DNA from: Nitrosopumilus sp.
GTDB lineage: Archaea; Thermoproteota; Nitrososphaeria; Nitrososphaerales; Nitrosopumilaceae
Direction of reading: 5' to 3'
DNA: 64,000 nucleotides
Assembly (NCBI GenBank): GCA_965224195.1
Contig: OZ245040.1
Location: forward strand, 1,024,001 to 1,088,000
Position numbers and translations under genes: made by a program. The notes under the pieces were generated by a model. It saw nothing but the letters and a program-made list of their open reading frames with translations, had not been told where the DNA came from and did no database searches. Positions 40,404-50,966 of the stretch are shown in pieces. Positions within the stretch are counted from its first letter, which is position 1. Each line of letters opens with the position of its first letter.

Positions 40404-41396
40404 ATGACTATTGTTACTGATACAGATGTTTTGAATCGTGTAGGTAACACTCCTCTAGTAAATTTGGATTCTCTTTCTCATGATAATACAGAATATTTTG
40501 CAAAATTAGAAGGTCATAATCCATTTGGTTCTGTCAAAGATAGAGCCGCATATTACATGATTAAAGATGGTGAAGAAAAAGGAATTTTAAAAAAAGGAAA
40601 AAGTATTATCATTGAACCAACTTCAGGTAACACTGGAATTGCTTTAACTGGAATTGCAAATATCTTAGGTTACAAAGTAGAGATTGTTATTCCTGAAAAA
40701 GTAAGTAATGAAACTAAAGATATCATAAGAAAGCTAGGGGCTAAAGTGTTTGAAACTAGTGATGATTTGTGTCCCAAAGTAGGTGCTGGAACTGATCAAA
40801 GTATTGCACTTGCCACATCCATTGCATCATCTAGACCTGAAACATATTATTCTCCAAATCAATATGCAAATGAAGCCAATTTCAAAGGACATTATGTTGG
40901 AACTGGGCCTGAAATTTGGAAGCAAACTGAGGGTAAAGTAACTCATTTCTTTACTGGTGTTGGTACTGGAGGTACCATTACAGGAATAGGTGCATATCTT
41001 AAAGAAAAAAATCCTGATGTTAAAATAATTGGATGTCAACCACAACAAAATCACTTAATTCAAGGATGGAGAAATTTTGAAGAATCTGCAAAACCTGATT
41101 TATTTTTAAAACGCGAAAATGTTGTAGATGATTGGATATCTGTTGATAATGATGAAGCATTTTCAGTTGTAAAAGATGTGTTTGCTAAAGACAAACTCTT
41201 GATCAGTCCATCTTCTGCTGCAGTATATGCATGCATGAAAAAATACACTATTGAAGGAGATGCATGTGTTGTAGGAATTTTTGCTGATGATGGACGTAAA
41301 TTCAAAAGTGTTTATGCAACTCAAAATGTTATGACTGAAGAAGAGTTTGATAATTGCCTTAAAGATGCAAAACACATGTCTGAATTAGCATACTAG
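40404..41396 (+). CDS. PLP-dependent cysteine synthase family protein
   Basis: GNTPL, NPFGSVKDR, PTSGNTG and GVGTGGT. Confidence 0.92.
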   Translation: MTIVTDTDVLNRVGNTPLVNLDSLSHDNTEYFAKLEGHNPFGSVKDRAAYYMIKDGEEKGILKKGKSIIIEPTSGNTGIALTGIANILGYKVEIVIPEKVSNETKDIIRKLGAKVFETSDDLCPKVGAGTDQSIALATSIASSRPETYYSPNQYANEANFKGHYVGTGPEIWKQTEGKVTHFFTGVGTGGTITGIGAYLKEKNPDVKIIGCQPQQNHLIQGWRNFEESAKPDLFLKRENVVDDWISVDNDEAFSVVKDVFAKDKLLISPSSAAVYACMKKYTIEGDACVVGIFADDGRKFKSVYATQNVMTEEEFDNCLKDAKHMSELAY

Positions 41397-41870
41397 TTAT
41401 TCAAGAATACTTTTCAAATGTTTTTCATAAAATTCTCTAAATGATCCATTCATGTCCATTTCATGTCGTAAACATTCGTTACTTTGTTCTGTAATTTGAT
41501 TTTTAATTTCTCTACTCCATAGACTTTGCTGTCTATCTTTAGAATCAATTATTGTTGGGTTTTCTTTAATTTTCTCCATGGTCTCTGACAATGTGGTACT
41601 TAATTGTCTGAATTTACTAATACGTAAAAGAAATCTTTGTGCTTCTTCTTTGTTTACTAAATCTATCATGGCATGAACCTGATTATAATATCCCAAACCT
41701 TTTTCATTATATTTTTTAAAATCCTCCATTCTTTTGTTCCAATATTCTTTAGTTACTTTTTCTTCAATTTTATAACTGAATTGTATTTCCCCTAATTCCA
41801 TTCCTAATTTAGCTAGTTTATTGCTGTGTTCTTTAGCTGATTTTTTTAGATTTTCTGGATCTTGACTCAA
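41397..41870 (-). CDS. Hypothetical helical protein
   Basis: 157-aa ORF in an operon-like run with trxB. Confidence 0.7.
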   Translation of the reverse strand: MSQDPENLKKSAKEHSNKLAKLGMELGEIQFSYKIEEKVTKEYWNKRMEDFKKYNEKGLGYYNQVHAMIDLVNKEEAQRFLLRISKFRQLSTTLSETMEKIKENPTIIDSKDRQQSLWSREIKNQITEQSNECLRHEMDMNGSFREFYEKHLKSILE

Positions 41871-41903
41871 TACTTTTTGGTTCTCTCATACACAATAAAG
41901 AGT

Positions 41904-42119
41904 TTAGATTTTTGATTCATTCCATTTTTTCTCAAATTCTTTCGAATAATCTGACATACATGTCTCACAGAATGAATCCCACTCGGTAATTCCTAATTTT
42001 TCAAAATACTTTACAGACCAATTGTATGAAGGTAATTTTCTGTATTGAAATTGTTGAATAGTGTAGATGTCTTTTTGATGAAATTTATTCAGGCATTTTT
42101 TGCATTGAGCATTTTTCAT
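41904..42119 (-). CDS. Small CxxC...CxxC protein
   Basis: CKKC...CETC; overlaps the trxB stop. Confidence 0.7.
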   Translation of the reverse strand: MKNAQCKKCLNKFHQKDIYTIQQFQYRKLPSYNWSVKYFEKLGITEWDSFCETCMSDYSKEFEKKWNESKI

Positions 42120-43123
42120 TACTTCTTATCTGCAGTTTCAGTAAGATATTCATCTACATCAATTGCTGCCATGCATCCAAAGGAAGCAGCAGTAATTGCT
42201 TGTCGATAGGTTCTATCATGTACATCCCCTGCAGCAAAAATTCCTTCCATGTTGGTATGAGTTTTATTTTTTAATACAATATAGCCTTCATCATCTAAAT
42301 CAATTTGACTTTTGAACAATTGTGTATTTGGATCATGACCAATTGCAACAAACAATCCTCCTGCATCATGTGTTGTTTCTTCATTTGTTTTTAGATTTTT
42401 CAAAACTACTTGTTGTATTTTTTGATCACCCTTGATAGAAGTAACTGCAGAATCAAAATGGAATTTTATTTTTTCGTTGTTAAATGCTCTTTCTTGCATA
42501 ATTTTACTTGCACGTAATTCCCCTCGTCTATGAATTAGATGAACATTTGATGCAAATTTTGTAAGAAATGTTGCTTCTTCAATTGCAGAATCACCGCCAC
42601 CTACAACAACAATTTCTTGGTTTCTAAAGAAAGGACCATCACACGTTGCACAATATGATACGCCTTTTCCACTGAAGGTTTCTTCGCCTTCGACACCTAG
42701 TTTTCTTGGATTAGCTCCTGTCGCAATAATTACTGCACGACCTTCAAATTCTTCTGATGCTGTTAGAACTTTGAATGGTTTACGTCTAAAATCTACATCC
42801 ACTACTACATCATCAATAATGGTAGTCCCCATTTTTTGTGATTGTTTTCTCATATCAATCATCAAATCAGGCCCCATTATCCCATTTTCAAATCCAGGAT
42901 AGTTTTCAACTTCTGTGGTGTTGACTAGTTGTCCTCCTGGAAGTAATCCTGATAAAATTAAAGTGTCATAACCTGCTCTAGAACAATAAATTCCTGCAGT
43001 GTATCCGGATGGACCTGCACCAATAATAATTACATCATATTTTGTTTTTGTTTTATCTGATATTTTGATTTCATCATCTCTTGTTTCAAGAACTGCTGAA
43101 CCTGCATCTCCTGCCGACATCAT
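42119..43123 (-). CDS. trxB: Thioredoxin reductase
   Basis: GAGPSG, ENYPGF, CATCDG, GGGDSA and AGDV. Confidence 0.97.
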   Translation of the reverse strand: MMSAGDAGSAVLETRDDEIKISDKTKTKYDVIIIGAGPSGYTAGIYCSRAGYDTLILSGLLPGGQLVNTTEVENYPGFENGIMGPDLMIDMRKQSQKMGTTIIDDVVVDVDFRRKPFKVLTASEEFEGRAVIIATGANPRKLGVEGEETFSGKGVSYCATCDGPFFRNQEIVVVGGGDSAIEEATFLTKFASNVHLIHRRGELRASKIMQERAFNNEKIKFHFDSAVTSIKGDQKIQQVVLKNLKTNEETTHDAGGLFVAIGHDPNTQLFKSQIDLDDEGYIVLKNKTHTNMEGIFAAGDVHDRTYRQAITAASFGCMAAIDVDEYLTETADKK

Positions 43124-43142
43124 AATGTTAATGGTCTTAATT

Positions 43143-43895
43143 TCAATAATTTAAGTGAATATCTTGATGTTTGGCACATAGTTTTTTGTTTTCAATTTGT
43201 GAGCAAAACAAATCTTTTTGCCAATGAGCATTGAATAACCTACATTCTTTATTTTCACAAAATGCATCTCCTGTAGTATAATACATGATGGCTTGTAACA
43301 CGTACCCTTCTGCAATGTCACTTAATCTTGAATCATGATATTCTAAAAATTCACCTTTGTATTTTTCTTTAATTTTTTCTATCTTTTCTTCTGAAAAATT
43401 TGTCATTAAATCTAAATAGTATTGTTTAGGTTTTGCTGGAGCTTCTATTATTCCAGTTGTTGAAATTATTGTGGGATTTGAACTAATTAATGCTCTAGCA
43501 TGATATCTAAAATCATCATTATCAAATGTCGCAGTAAGCTTGTTTGTAAAAATTATGTGTAATATGTTATCTATATCTGAAATATTTTCTGCAATAATGT
43601 TTTGTAATTCAAACCCATCATACAAAGTCATTATATCTTGGTCAGATGTATCTTTGTTTTCTTTTTCAATTTGAATTTCTTCTTGTGTTGGAATGTGTTT
43701 TTTAAATTGTTTTTTTAAATCAAAAATTCGGGTTGACGCTATTTCTTCAAATATTTTATCTTCTAAACTTTCAAAAAAATTACTTTTTACCTCAACTTTG
43801 ATTTGAAACGTATTTGTAATGAACTGTTTTATTTTTTCTATCTGAATCTCAGTAACTGCAGGTTCATTATATAGGATTATTTTAGAAATCTTCAC
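43143..43895 (-). CDS. Archaeal hypothetical protein, putative metallopeptidase-like
   Basis: RYHAR, GIIEAPAKP and C....CRLFNAHWQ...C..H. Confidence 0.7.
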   Translation of the reverse strand: MKISKIILYNEPAVTEIQIEKIKQFITNTFQIKVEVKSNFFESLEDKIFEEIASTRIFDLKKQFKKHIPTQEEIQIEKENKDTSDQDIMTLYDGFELQNIIAENISDIDNILHIIFTNKLTATFDNDDFRYHARALISSNPTIISTTGIIEAPAKPKQYYLDLMTNFSEEKIEKIKEKYKGEFLEYHDSRLSDIAEGYVLQAIMYYTTGDAFCENKECRLFNAHWQKDLFCSQIENKKLCAKHQDIHLNY

Positions 43896-43918
43896 TAAAG
43901 AGAGATTATCTTAATTGC

Positions 43919-44737
43919 TTATCTTTCTAACTCTTTGATTTTTTGTGCTGTGATCTCTGCTGCTCTCTTTCCAGAGTATAACATGGAGCCAAAAGTTGGT
44001 CCCATTCTTGCTAATCCGTGAGTTTCAGTTACTGACATTCCAGCTGCAATTAATCCTGGGTATACTTCTCCTGTTTTGTGAACTACGTGTTCTTCACCAT
44101 CGTTGACATGCATTGGTTCCATTCCTTTCCATTTTACTAATCCTCTATCTACAAGTCTTTTTACAGCAATTGAATCATGACCTGATGCATCTATGATTAT
44201 TTTTGCTTCAAGTGCGATTGGATCAACACAAGTAATGTTGCGTGGTAATGCTGAAACTGGCATCCAGTTGACAACAATCCCTGCAACTCTTCCGTTTTTC
44301 AAAACCAAGTCATCAAACTTTGTTAATTGTAAGAATTTTACTCCTGCATCGCATGCTGCTGCAATTAATTTTGATACTGCATGAGGTCCTGGTGTTAAGT
44401 ATAATCCATCTGCAACTTTTTTGTATGGCACTCCAAGTTCATCCCATATTTTCTGTGCTGGCTCTCTAACTGTAACTGGATTCATCATGTATCCTCCTAA
44501 CCAATAACCGCCACCTAGGTAGTTGTTTTGTTCAATAACTAAAACTTTGTAACCCATGTTAGATAGTTCTCTACTAGCTGTTAATCCTGCAGGGCCTGCA
44601 CCAATAATGATGACATCTGATTCTGCTCTGTCAACTAATACATCATGAAATTCATTTGCTATTGCACGTGTAATTTCAACTTCACGTACATCTGTAAAAA
44701 TTTTCTCAGATTGTTCTGCAACTGTTGCTTCTTGCAT
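43919..44737 (-). CDS. thi4: Thiazole synthase Thi4 (Cys-type)
   Basis: GAGPAGL, GGGYWLGG, ITCVDP and RMGPTFG.M..SG. Start taken at the ATG at 44737. Confidence 0.94.
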   Translation of the reverse strand: MQEATVAEQSEKIFTDVREVEITRAIANEFHDVLVDRAESDVIIIGAGPAGLTASRELSNMGYKVLVIEQNNYLGGGYWLGGYMMNPVTVREPAQKIWDELGVPYKKVADGLYLTPGPHAVSKLIAAACDAGVKFLQLTKFDDLVLKNGRVAGIVVNWMPVSALPRNITCVDPIALEAKIIIDASGHDSIAVKRLVDRGLVKWKGMEPMHVNDGEEHVVHKTGEVYPGLIAAGMSVTETHGLARMGPTFGSMLYSGKRAAEITAQKIKELER

Positions 44738-44787
44738 GAAGACACCCAGTTTCCTGAACAATTAATACTTTCCCACATCTAATTTCT

Positions 44788-44813
44788 AAAAAATTAGGTG
44801 ATACTAATTTTTT
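44788..44813. promoter_or_regulatory. Palindrome AAAAAATTAG-N6-CTAATTTTTT between divergent thi4 and sulfite reductase
   Basis: Perfect 10-bp inverted repeat with a 6-nt spacer. Confidence 0.5.
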
Positions 44814-44927
44814 CAAATATTTCCTTCTTCATAGATATAGGAAAATTTTGTACTTTGATGAAAATATCTCTCCTAAAACCTCCAAATTTCAAAAATTTAT
44901 ATCCAAACTAAAAGAAATTTCTTTGTA

Positions 44928-46739
44928 TTGACCGTATCAGATCTTAAACAATCTCCACCTGATTCTGTAAAATCCAAAATAAATTGGTCTAGAATTGAGG
45001 AGGCAGATGATTTTGCAAATACTGTAAAGTTATTCCGTCAAGGAAAATACGACGAAGCTAGTTTTAGACGATATAGACTTCAGCACGGCGCATATGGAAC
45101 TAGAATGACTAGTGACTATGCAATGGTTCGAATCAAGCTTCCAGCTGGTGAAATTTATCCTGATCAAATTGAAAAAATATCTCAACTAAGTGAACAATAC
45201 TCTATAGGAAGTGCACACTTTTCCACTAGAGAAAACATTCAACTGCATTGGGTAGTTCTTGAAGATGTTTCTGAAGTATTCCGAGGTTTAGCTGAAGTTG
45301 GATTGACATCTAGAGAAGCATGTGGAAATTCTGTAAGAAATGTAATGTGTAGTCCTTTGTCTGGTGTTTGTCCTGATGAAGAATTTGATGCAACTTCATA
45401 TGCACTTGCAACTGCAAGATTCTTTTTGAGAAATCCTATGGCTCAAAACCTTCCTCGTAAATTTAAATTCAATTTTACTTGTTGTGAAAAACATGGAATG
45501 GTAAGAATGGTTGATGTGGGATTGATTCCACAAATTAGAGAAATTGATGGAACTATTCAAAAAGGATTCAAAATTTTCCTCGGCGGTGGTTTGGGAAATA
45601 GATCTTTTGTTGGACATCAGTTAGAAGAATTTACTCCTGAAGAGGATTTACTTTACACATCAATTGCTGTTGTACGAATCTTTGATAGAATGGGTGATAG
45701 AAAAAATCTTGCTCGAAACAGAATGAGGTACTTGGTAAATGATATGGGTTGGGATAAATTCCAAAATCTTGTATTCAAAGAAAGAGCTGTAGTTCGAGCC
45801 ACACAGTCAGTTGTCACTCAACTAAAAGTTGATCATACTCCAGATGTTATCAAAAGACCAATTCAAATTTCTGATGAGAATGGTGGTGAAACAATTCCTG
45901 ATGGATATGCTAGATGGCTCAAAACCAACACGGTAAAGCAAACACAAGAAGAATATCGTTCAGTATTTCTTACACTTGAAGCAGGTGACATTGCTGCAAG
46001 CCAACTGCATGGATTGGCTGATATCATTCGCAACTTTTCATCTGAAGGTAAGGGCAGATCTGGATTTTCACAAAATATTGCTCTACGATACGTACATGAG
46101 GATGATTTACCACGTCTGTATTCTAAATTACTTGAGACCGGATTGGCAAAATCAGGCGCCTTAACTATGACTGCACCTATTGGTTGCTCTGGAACTACCT
46201 CTTGTAATCTGGCATTAACTAATTCACATAGATTGGCAAAAGAAATCCAAAGAAAATTCCTAGAACTAAAACTAGATGAAGATGATGACCTTAGTGATTC
46301 TTCAATTAAGATTAGTGGATGTCCTAATTCCTGTGGACAACATGGAATTGCAACTTTGGGATTTTTTGGTGGTGGTGGACGTGTTGGAAAAGACATGTAT
46401 GCAAATTACCAAATGTCCATTGGTGGACGTTCTGATGGTGATACGGTGTTGGGACAAACCCTAGTTAGAGTTCCTGCAAAAAGAGTAATTCCAGTAATTC
46501 TAAAGATAATTGAAATTTTCAAAGCAAATAAGGTATCTGATGACACATTGAAATCTTGGGTTCATAGAGTTGTAAATGGAAATGAAGATTCAGAAATTAA
46601 ATCAATTGTTGATATTAAAAAAATTCTGGAACCCTTAATTCTTCCACCAACAATAGATGAAGATCCAGACTTTTATCTGGATTATGGAGATGACTCTAGT
46701 TATCACACAAAGACTGGAAAGGGTGAATGTGCTGCTTGA
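44928..46739 (+). CDS. sir: Ferredoxin-dependent sulfite/nitrite reductase (siroheme), probably assimilatory sulfite reductase
   Basis: STRENIQLH, LPRKFK, CSGTTSC and SGCPNSCGQH cluster/siroheme ligands; sulfur-gene context. Confidence 0.88.
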   Translation: MTVSDLKQSPPDSVKSKINWSRIEEADDFANTVKLFRQGKYDEASFRRYRLQHGAYGTRMTSDYAMVRIKLPAGEIYPDQIEKISQLSEQYSIGSAHFSTRENIQLHWVVLEDVSEVFRGLAEVGLTSREACGNSVRNVMCSPLSGVCPDEEFDATSYALATARFFLRNPMAQNLPRKFKFNFTCCEKHGMVRMVDVGLIPQIREIDGTIQKGFKIFLGGGLGNRSFVGHQLEEFTPEEDLLYTSIAVVRIFDRMGDRKNLARNRMRYLVNDMGWDKFQNLVFKERAVVRATQSVVTQLKVDHTPDVIKRPIQISDENGGETIPDGYARWLKTNTVKQTQEEYRSVFLTLEAGDIAASQLHGLADIIRNFSSEGKGRSGFSQNIALRYVHEDDLPRLYSKLLETGLAKSGALTMTAPIGCSGTTSCNLALTNSHRLAKEIQRKFLELKLDEDDDLSDSSIKISGCPNSCGQHGIATLGFFGGGGRVGKDMYANYQMSIGGRSDGDTVLGQTLVRVPAKRVIPVILKIIEIFKANKVSDDTLKSWVHRVVNGNEDSEIKSIVDIKKILEPLILPPTIDEDPDFYLDYGDDSSYHTKTGKGECAA

Positions 46740-47533
46740 CAGACCCTGTCAAAATTACAACTGATGTAGACTCTTTACGTTCTGAAATCCGTGACAAAAG
46801 TGTTAGAGTAATTGATGTTAGACGAGAAGCTGATTACAAACAAGACCACATTCCAACTGCTGTAAATTTACCTCTTGCAAATTTATTGTCTGATGATAGT
46901 CCTGAACGTGTTTTGAAATTAGTAAATTCTATGGGAATTGATGATGAAACCCCTGTTGTAGTTTATGATGATACATTTGGTGCTTTGGCATCAAGAGTTG
47001 CATGGACTTTGGAATATTTGGGACATTCAGATGTAACTTTGTTAGAATCCACATACAGTCATTGGAAATCTCTTGGATTGGAAAATGATTCTACTACTCC
47101 TGAAATTCAAAGTAAGGAACACTCTATGAAATTAAAACCCGATATTTTAGCAACTTCAGATTATTTGGAAACTGCCAAAACCCGAGACGATGTGATTCTA
47201 ATCGATAACAGAGAGAGATTGAATTTTCTTGAACAGCATATTCCTGGAGCTATCAGCTTACCTTATCGTACTTTGGCTTCAAATGATAAAATTTTACGCT
47301 CAAAAGAGGATATGAAACGATTATTGGATAACCGGGGAGTTACCGGAGATTCTGAAATTATCACTTATTGTGGTAGTGTGGGTACACTTTCAGGTTTGGC
47401 ATATTATGCACTAAAATCTGCTGGGTTATCTAATGCAAAACTGTACGTTCGTTCTTTCAAAGAATGGAAAAATCTTCAAAAACCGACTGAAAAACAAGAA
47501 GATGCTAGTTACTGGGATTTATCTGCAGAATAA
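46736..47533 (+). CDS. Tandem-domain rhodanese/thiosulfate sulfurtransferase
   Basis: IDVR...HIPTA, HIPGA and active-site YCGSVGT. TTG start overlaps the sir stop. Confidence 0.92.
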   Translation: MTDPVKITTDVDSLRSEIRDKSVRVIDVRREADYKQDHIPTAVNLPLANLLSDDSPERVLKLVNSMGIDDETPVVVYDDTFGALASRVAWTLEYLGHSDVTLLESTYSHWKSLGLENDSTTPEIQSKEHSMKLKPDILATSDYLETAKTRDDVILIDNRERLNFLEQHIPGAISLPYRTLASNDKILRSKEDMKRLLDNRGVTGDSEIITYCGSVGTLSGLAYYALKSAGLSNAKLYVRSFKEWKNLQKPTEKQEDASYWDLSAE

Positions 47534-48655
47534 TTAAGAAATCTGCTCTCTGAGTTTTTTCGTTACAGTCCCTTCGATGTTATCAAAGAGAACAATCATT
47601 TTTTCTTTGTTGTCAATTATGTAATCTACTCCTCTATCTTTTAGTCTAATTTTCCATAATCTAATTTCTCTATGTTGCTCAAAGAAAGTTTCAATCATTT
47701 GCTCACCTGATTTTGTTGGGTCGATGAATTCTTCAAAGAGCTCCATCGTTTTATCAATGTCTTCTTCTTCTATTGATTCTTTAACTGATTGAATAGCTTG
47801 ACTAAGTTCTTTCAAATTTTTAACTGGTCGTGGCAATGTTTTCTTTGTAATTCCAAAGAGTCCTTTCTTTTCTTTGCCTAGTTTTTCTGCAATGTTGTCT
47901 GCAAGATCATATATTGGAATTTTACTTAGGCCATCACGTTTTTCATTTTGAACAATTAGCCCTTTCTCTAATAATTTTCTCAAAGCAGTTTCTGCATCAA
48001 CTCTATCTAGAAATGTTGTCCATACAATTGCGCCTATCGTGTGATACCCTTGTCTGACTGATTCTAAAACTACAACCTCTTCGATTCTTTTGAACCCTTC
48101 TTCAATTTTGACATTTACAAAATCTTTATCTCTGATTGATCTTCTTGCATTTTTAACATCAATTTCTATAGAGCGCTTCAAAGCTTCAAGTGATTCTGGA
48201 ACTTGATTTAGTAATGATAAGAAACATGCTTGATTGTACCATGCCATTCCATATGTTGGGTCTGACTCAATTGCTTTCTGTGCTGCATCTAGAGCTTGAG
48301 CATACTTTTTCTGTTCATAGTGTACTAGTGCTTTAAGATTCCAGGCTTCTGGATTTGTAACATCAATTTCTAAAATTTTATCATAAACTTGCAATGCTTC
48401 TGGAAATTCTTCTAGGTGGAATCTAGCATATCCTAATTTCATCAATACTTCCACACTTTTTGGTTCTATTCGTAATGCCTGTTCAAACATCTCAATGGCG
48501 TCTTCTAGCTTTTCATCTGCCATCAAATTGATGCCTTTTTTGTATAATTTTTTTAAATTGTAATCTATGTCTACTAAACTTCTCTCTTGTGGGATTGTTT
48601 TTTCAATTTTTATTTCTTCTTTGTCCTTTGATTTTCTCCCGAATGGTTTCTTCAC
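47534..48655 (-). CDS. TPR-repeat protein with a wHTH-like segment
   Basis: Several TPR motifs (AWNLKA, AWYNQAC) followed by 'LRKLLEKGLIV'. Confidence 0.85.
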   Translation of the reverse strand: MKKPFGRKSKDKEEIKIEKTIPQERSLVDIDYNLKKLYKKGINLMADEKLEDAIEMFEQALRIEPKSVEVLMKLGYARFHLEEFPEALQVYDKILEIDVTNPEAWNLKALVHYEQKKYAQALDAAQKAIESDPTYGMAWYNQACFLSLLNQVPESLEALKRSIEIDVKNARRSIRDKDFVNVKIEEGFKRIEEVVVLESVRQGYHTIGAIVWTTFLDRVDAETALRKLLEKGLIVQNEKRDGLSKIPIYDLADNIAEKLGKEKKGLFGITKKTLPRPVKNLKELSQAIQSVKESIEEEDIDKTMELFEEFIDPTKSGEQMIETFFEQHREIRLWKIRLKDRGVDYIIDNKEKMIVLFDNIEGTVTKKLREQIS

Positions 48656-48759
48656 AGCTCAAATAGGCATTTTATCTAGATAAATACCAATCTTAATTGA
48701 GCCTAATGCTGACCGTATTTGATTTGAAATAGAACTTTGCGATCTAAATATAGAAATAC

Positions 48760-50415
48760 TTGAAATACCCACAAACGTTTGTGTCATCTCAGCCACGTTT
48801 AGAGATTCAAGGGCAGGCACCATTCAAACAATCTGGTGTTTATGAAGCTCAAATTGCAGTCACTGATAGTAAACCATCAGATGATGATATTCGTTCAAAA
48901 CAATTTTCAACTTTATGGCGAGGTAACTTTCATCTTAGAGTAAAAGATGGATTATTTTCTGAAACTCTAGGCTCTCCTGCTAATCCACTTCCATCCTCAA
49001 TTACTAATCTTGATAGAGTTTGGATTGTTGTTACTGATTTATTTTCTTCATTGCACACTGTATTTTATGTTCCTTTATCTAATTCATCATCACAACCTGA
49101 AATAAAAACTGAAACAAAAATTGAAACAAAACCTCAAACAAAAACAAATGTTGATAATCAAAAACCTACGCGCTCTTCAAAAACAAATGTTGTTGGTGCC
49201 GCCGGTCCGTCTGGTGACAAAGGTCCATCTGGTCAACCTGGTTCTGCAGGTGACAAAGGACCAATCGGTTCACCTGGACAACAAGGACCAATGGGAGTTA
49301 AAGGTCCTGAAGGTCCTAAAGGTCAATCTGGTGACAAGGGAGCAACTGGTGACAAAGGTTCTGCAGGTGACAAAGGAATTTCTGGCCCTAAAGGATTAAC
49401 TGGGGATAAAGGAATTACTGGTGATAAAGGCGATAAGGGTGACAAAGGAATTACTGGCTCTCCTGGTGACAAAGGAGAAAAAGGTTCCACTGGATTAATT
49501 GGTGACAAAGGGCTATCTGGATTAAAAGGTCCACTTGGTGACAAAGGAGAAAAAGGTTCCACTGGATTAATTGGTGACAAAGGTTCTTCTGGATTGCGTG
49601 GTGTCCCTGGTGACAAAGGAGATGATGGTCCACAAGGTGTAGTAGGCGATAAAGGATTAACTGGTTCAACAGGAGTACCTGGAGAAAAAGGTCCAACTGG
49701 ATTGTCTGGTGTACAAGGAGAAAAAGGAATTCAAGGCGGTCCAGGTCCTATTGGAGAAAAAGGTCCACTCGGTTCCGGTGGTGACAAAGGTCCACTTGGT
49801 CCACCTGGTCCACATGGCGATAAAGGATTAACTGGTCCAACTGGTCCTATTGGAGAAAAAGGTCTTATCGGTCCGCCCGGACCAATGGGAGAAAAAGGAA
49901 ACAAAGGTCCTGAAGGTCCTATTGGAGAAAAAGGTCCACAAGGTCCACAAGGTCCTGCAGGGTCTAAAGGATTAACTGGAGTTCCTGGTCCGCAAGGAGA
50001 AAAAGGTGACAAAGGTTCTATTGGCCTTATTGGAGAAAAAGGTCAAACTGGTCCACTAGGAGTACCTGGAGAAAAAGGTCCACAAGGTCCACAAGGCTCT
50101 CAAGGTGAACGTGGAACAACTGGTCCATCAGGAGAAAAAGGTCCACAAGGTCCACAAGGAATTCAAGGTCCACAAGGTGAACGTGGTCCAACTGGTCCTA
50201 TTGGATCAATTGGTGAACAAGGTCCTGTAGGAGGGCAAGGTCCTGTAGGTCCAGCCGGTCCAAGAGGTCCACCAGGTTCGCCTGGAGAAAAAGGCCCTTC
50301 TGGTGGAATGTCAACAGAACAAAAAGCACTCTTCAAAGATTTACTAGAAATGTTAACAAACAAAAATGTAATCTCTACTGAAGATCAAATTAAATTGATG
50401 AGTTATCTTTATTGA
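48760..50415 (+). CDS. Collagen-like protein
   Basis: About 125 consecutive Gly-X-Y triplets ([12 protein letters not shown]) between globular ends. Confidence 0.95.
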   Translation: MKYPQTFVSSQPRLEIQGQAPFKQSGVYEAQIAVTDSKPSDDDIRSKQFSTLWRGNFHLRVKDGLFSETLGSPANPLPSSITNLDRVWIVVTDLFSSLHTVFYVPLSNSSSQPEIKTETKIETKPQTKTNVDNQKPTRSSKTNVVGAAGPSGDKGPSGQPGSAGDKGPIGSPGQQGPMGVKGPEGPKGQSGDKGATGDKGSAGDKGISGPKGLTGDKGITGDKGDKGDKGITGSPGDKGEKGSTGLIGDKGLSGLKGPLGDKGEKGSTGLIGDKGSSGLRGVPGDKGDDGPQGVVGDKGLTGSTGVPGEKGPTGLSGVQGEKGIQGGPGPIGEKGPLGSGGDKGPLGPPGPHGDKGLTGPTGPIGEKGLIGPPGPMGEKGNKGPEGPIGEKGPQGPQGPAGSKGLTGVPGPQGEKGDKGSIGLIGEKGQTGPLGVPGEKGPQGPQGSQGERGTTGPSGEKGPQGPQGIQGPQGERGPTGPIGSIGEQGPVGGQGPVGPAGPRGPPGSPGEKGPSGGMSTEQKALFKDLLEMLTNKNVISTEDQIKLMSYLY

Positions 50416-50714
50416 GAAATTTAATTTTTAATTAATTATTTTAACAATTCATTTTTGGAATCAGGATTTGTAAATGATTTCTTTTTCTTTATTTTATTGT
50501 TAACTTCATTTAGAATATTTTCTTTCTCTTTTTTTAACATCTTTATCATTTTATCTATATTATTTACAGACATGTTGTGTAATGTTTTGAAAAAATAAAT
50601 ACAATATTGATCATGATTTTTTTAATTAAATGTTCTACAGTTAACACTGTTTTAAAATTTGAAAAATGAAAACAATTCGTCGTCTTTAAGACGATTGTTA
50701 ATTTATCAACGAGA

Positions 50715-50966
50715 TTATCGTCTTTTAGCTGCTTTTCTCTTTGGAGCTGCTTTGCGTTTAGTTGCTGCTTTTCTCTTTGGAGCTGCTTTTCTCTTTGGAG
50801 CTGCTTTTCTCTTTGGAGCTGCTTTTCTCTTTGGAGCTGCTTTTCTCTTTGGAGCTGCTTTTCTCTTTGGAGCTGCTTTTCTCTTTGGAGCTGCTTTTCT
50901 CTTTGGAGCTGCTTTTCTCTTTGGAGCTGCTTTTCTCTTTGGAGCTGCTTTTCGTTTAGCTGCCAT
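50715..50966 (-). CDS. Histone H1-like basic repeat protein (KRKAAP)n
   Basis: 83 aa with about 13 KRKAAP units encoded by an 18-bp tandem repeat. This is the only frame whose start and stop fit the repeat. Confidence 0.8.
   Translation of the reverse strand: MAAKRKAAPKRKAAPKRKAAPKRKAAPKRKAAPKRKAAPKRKAAPKRKAAPKRKAAPKRKAAPKRKAATKRKAAPKRKAAKRR

Noticed and set aside
49323-50363. Pro/Gly-rich minus-strand ORFs
   Set aside because: Antisense shadows of the collagen GXY codons.
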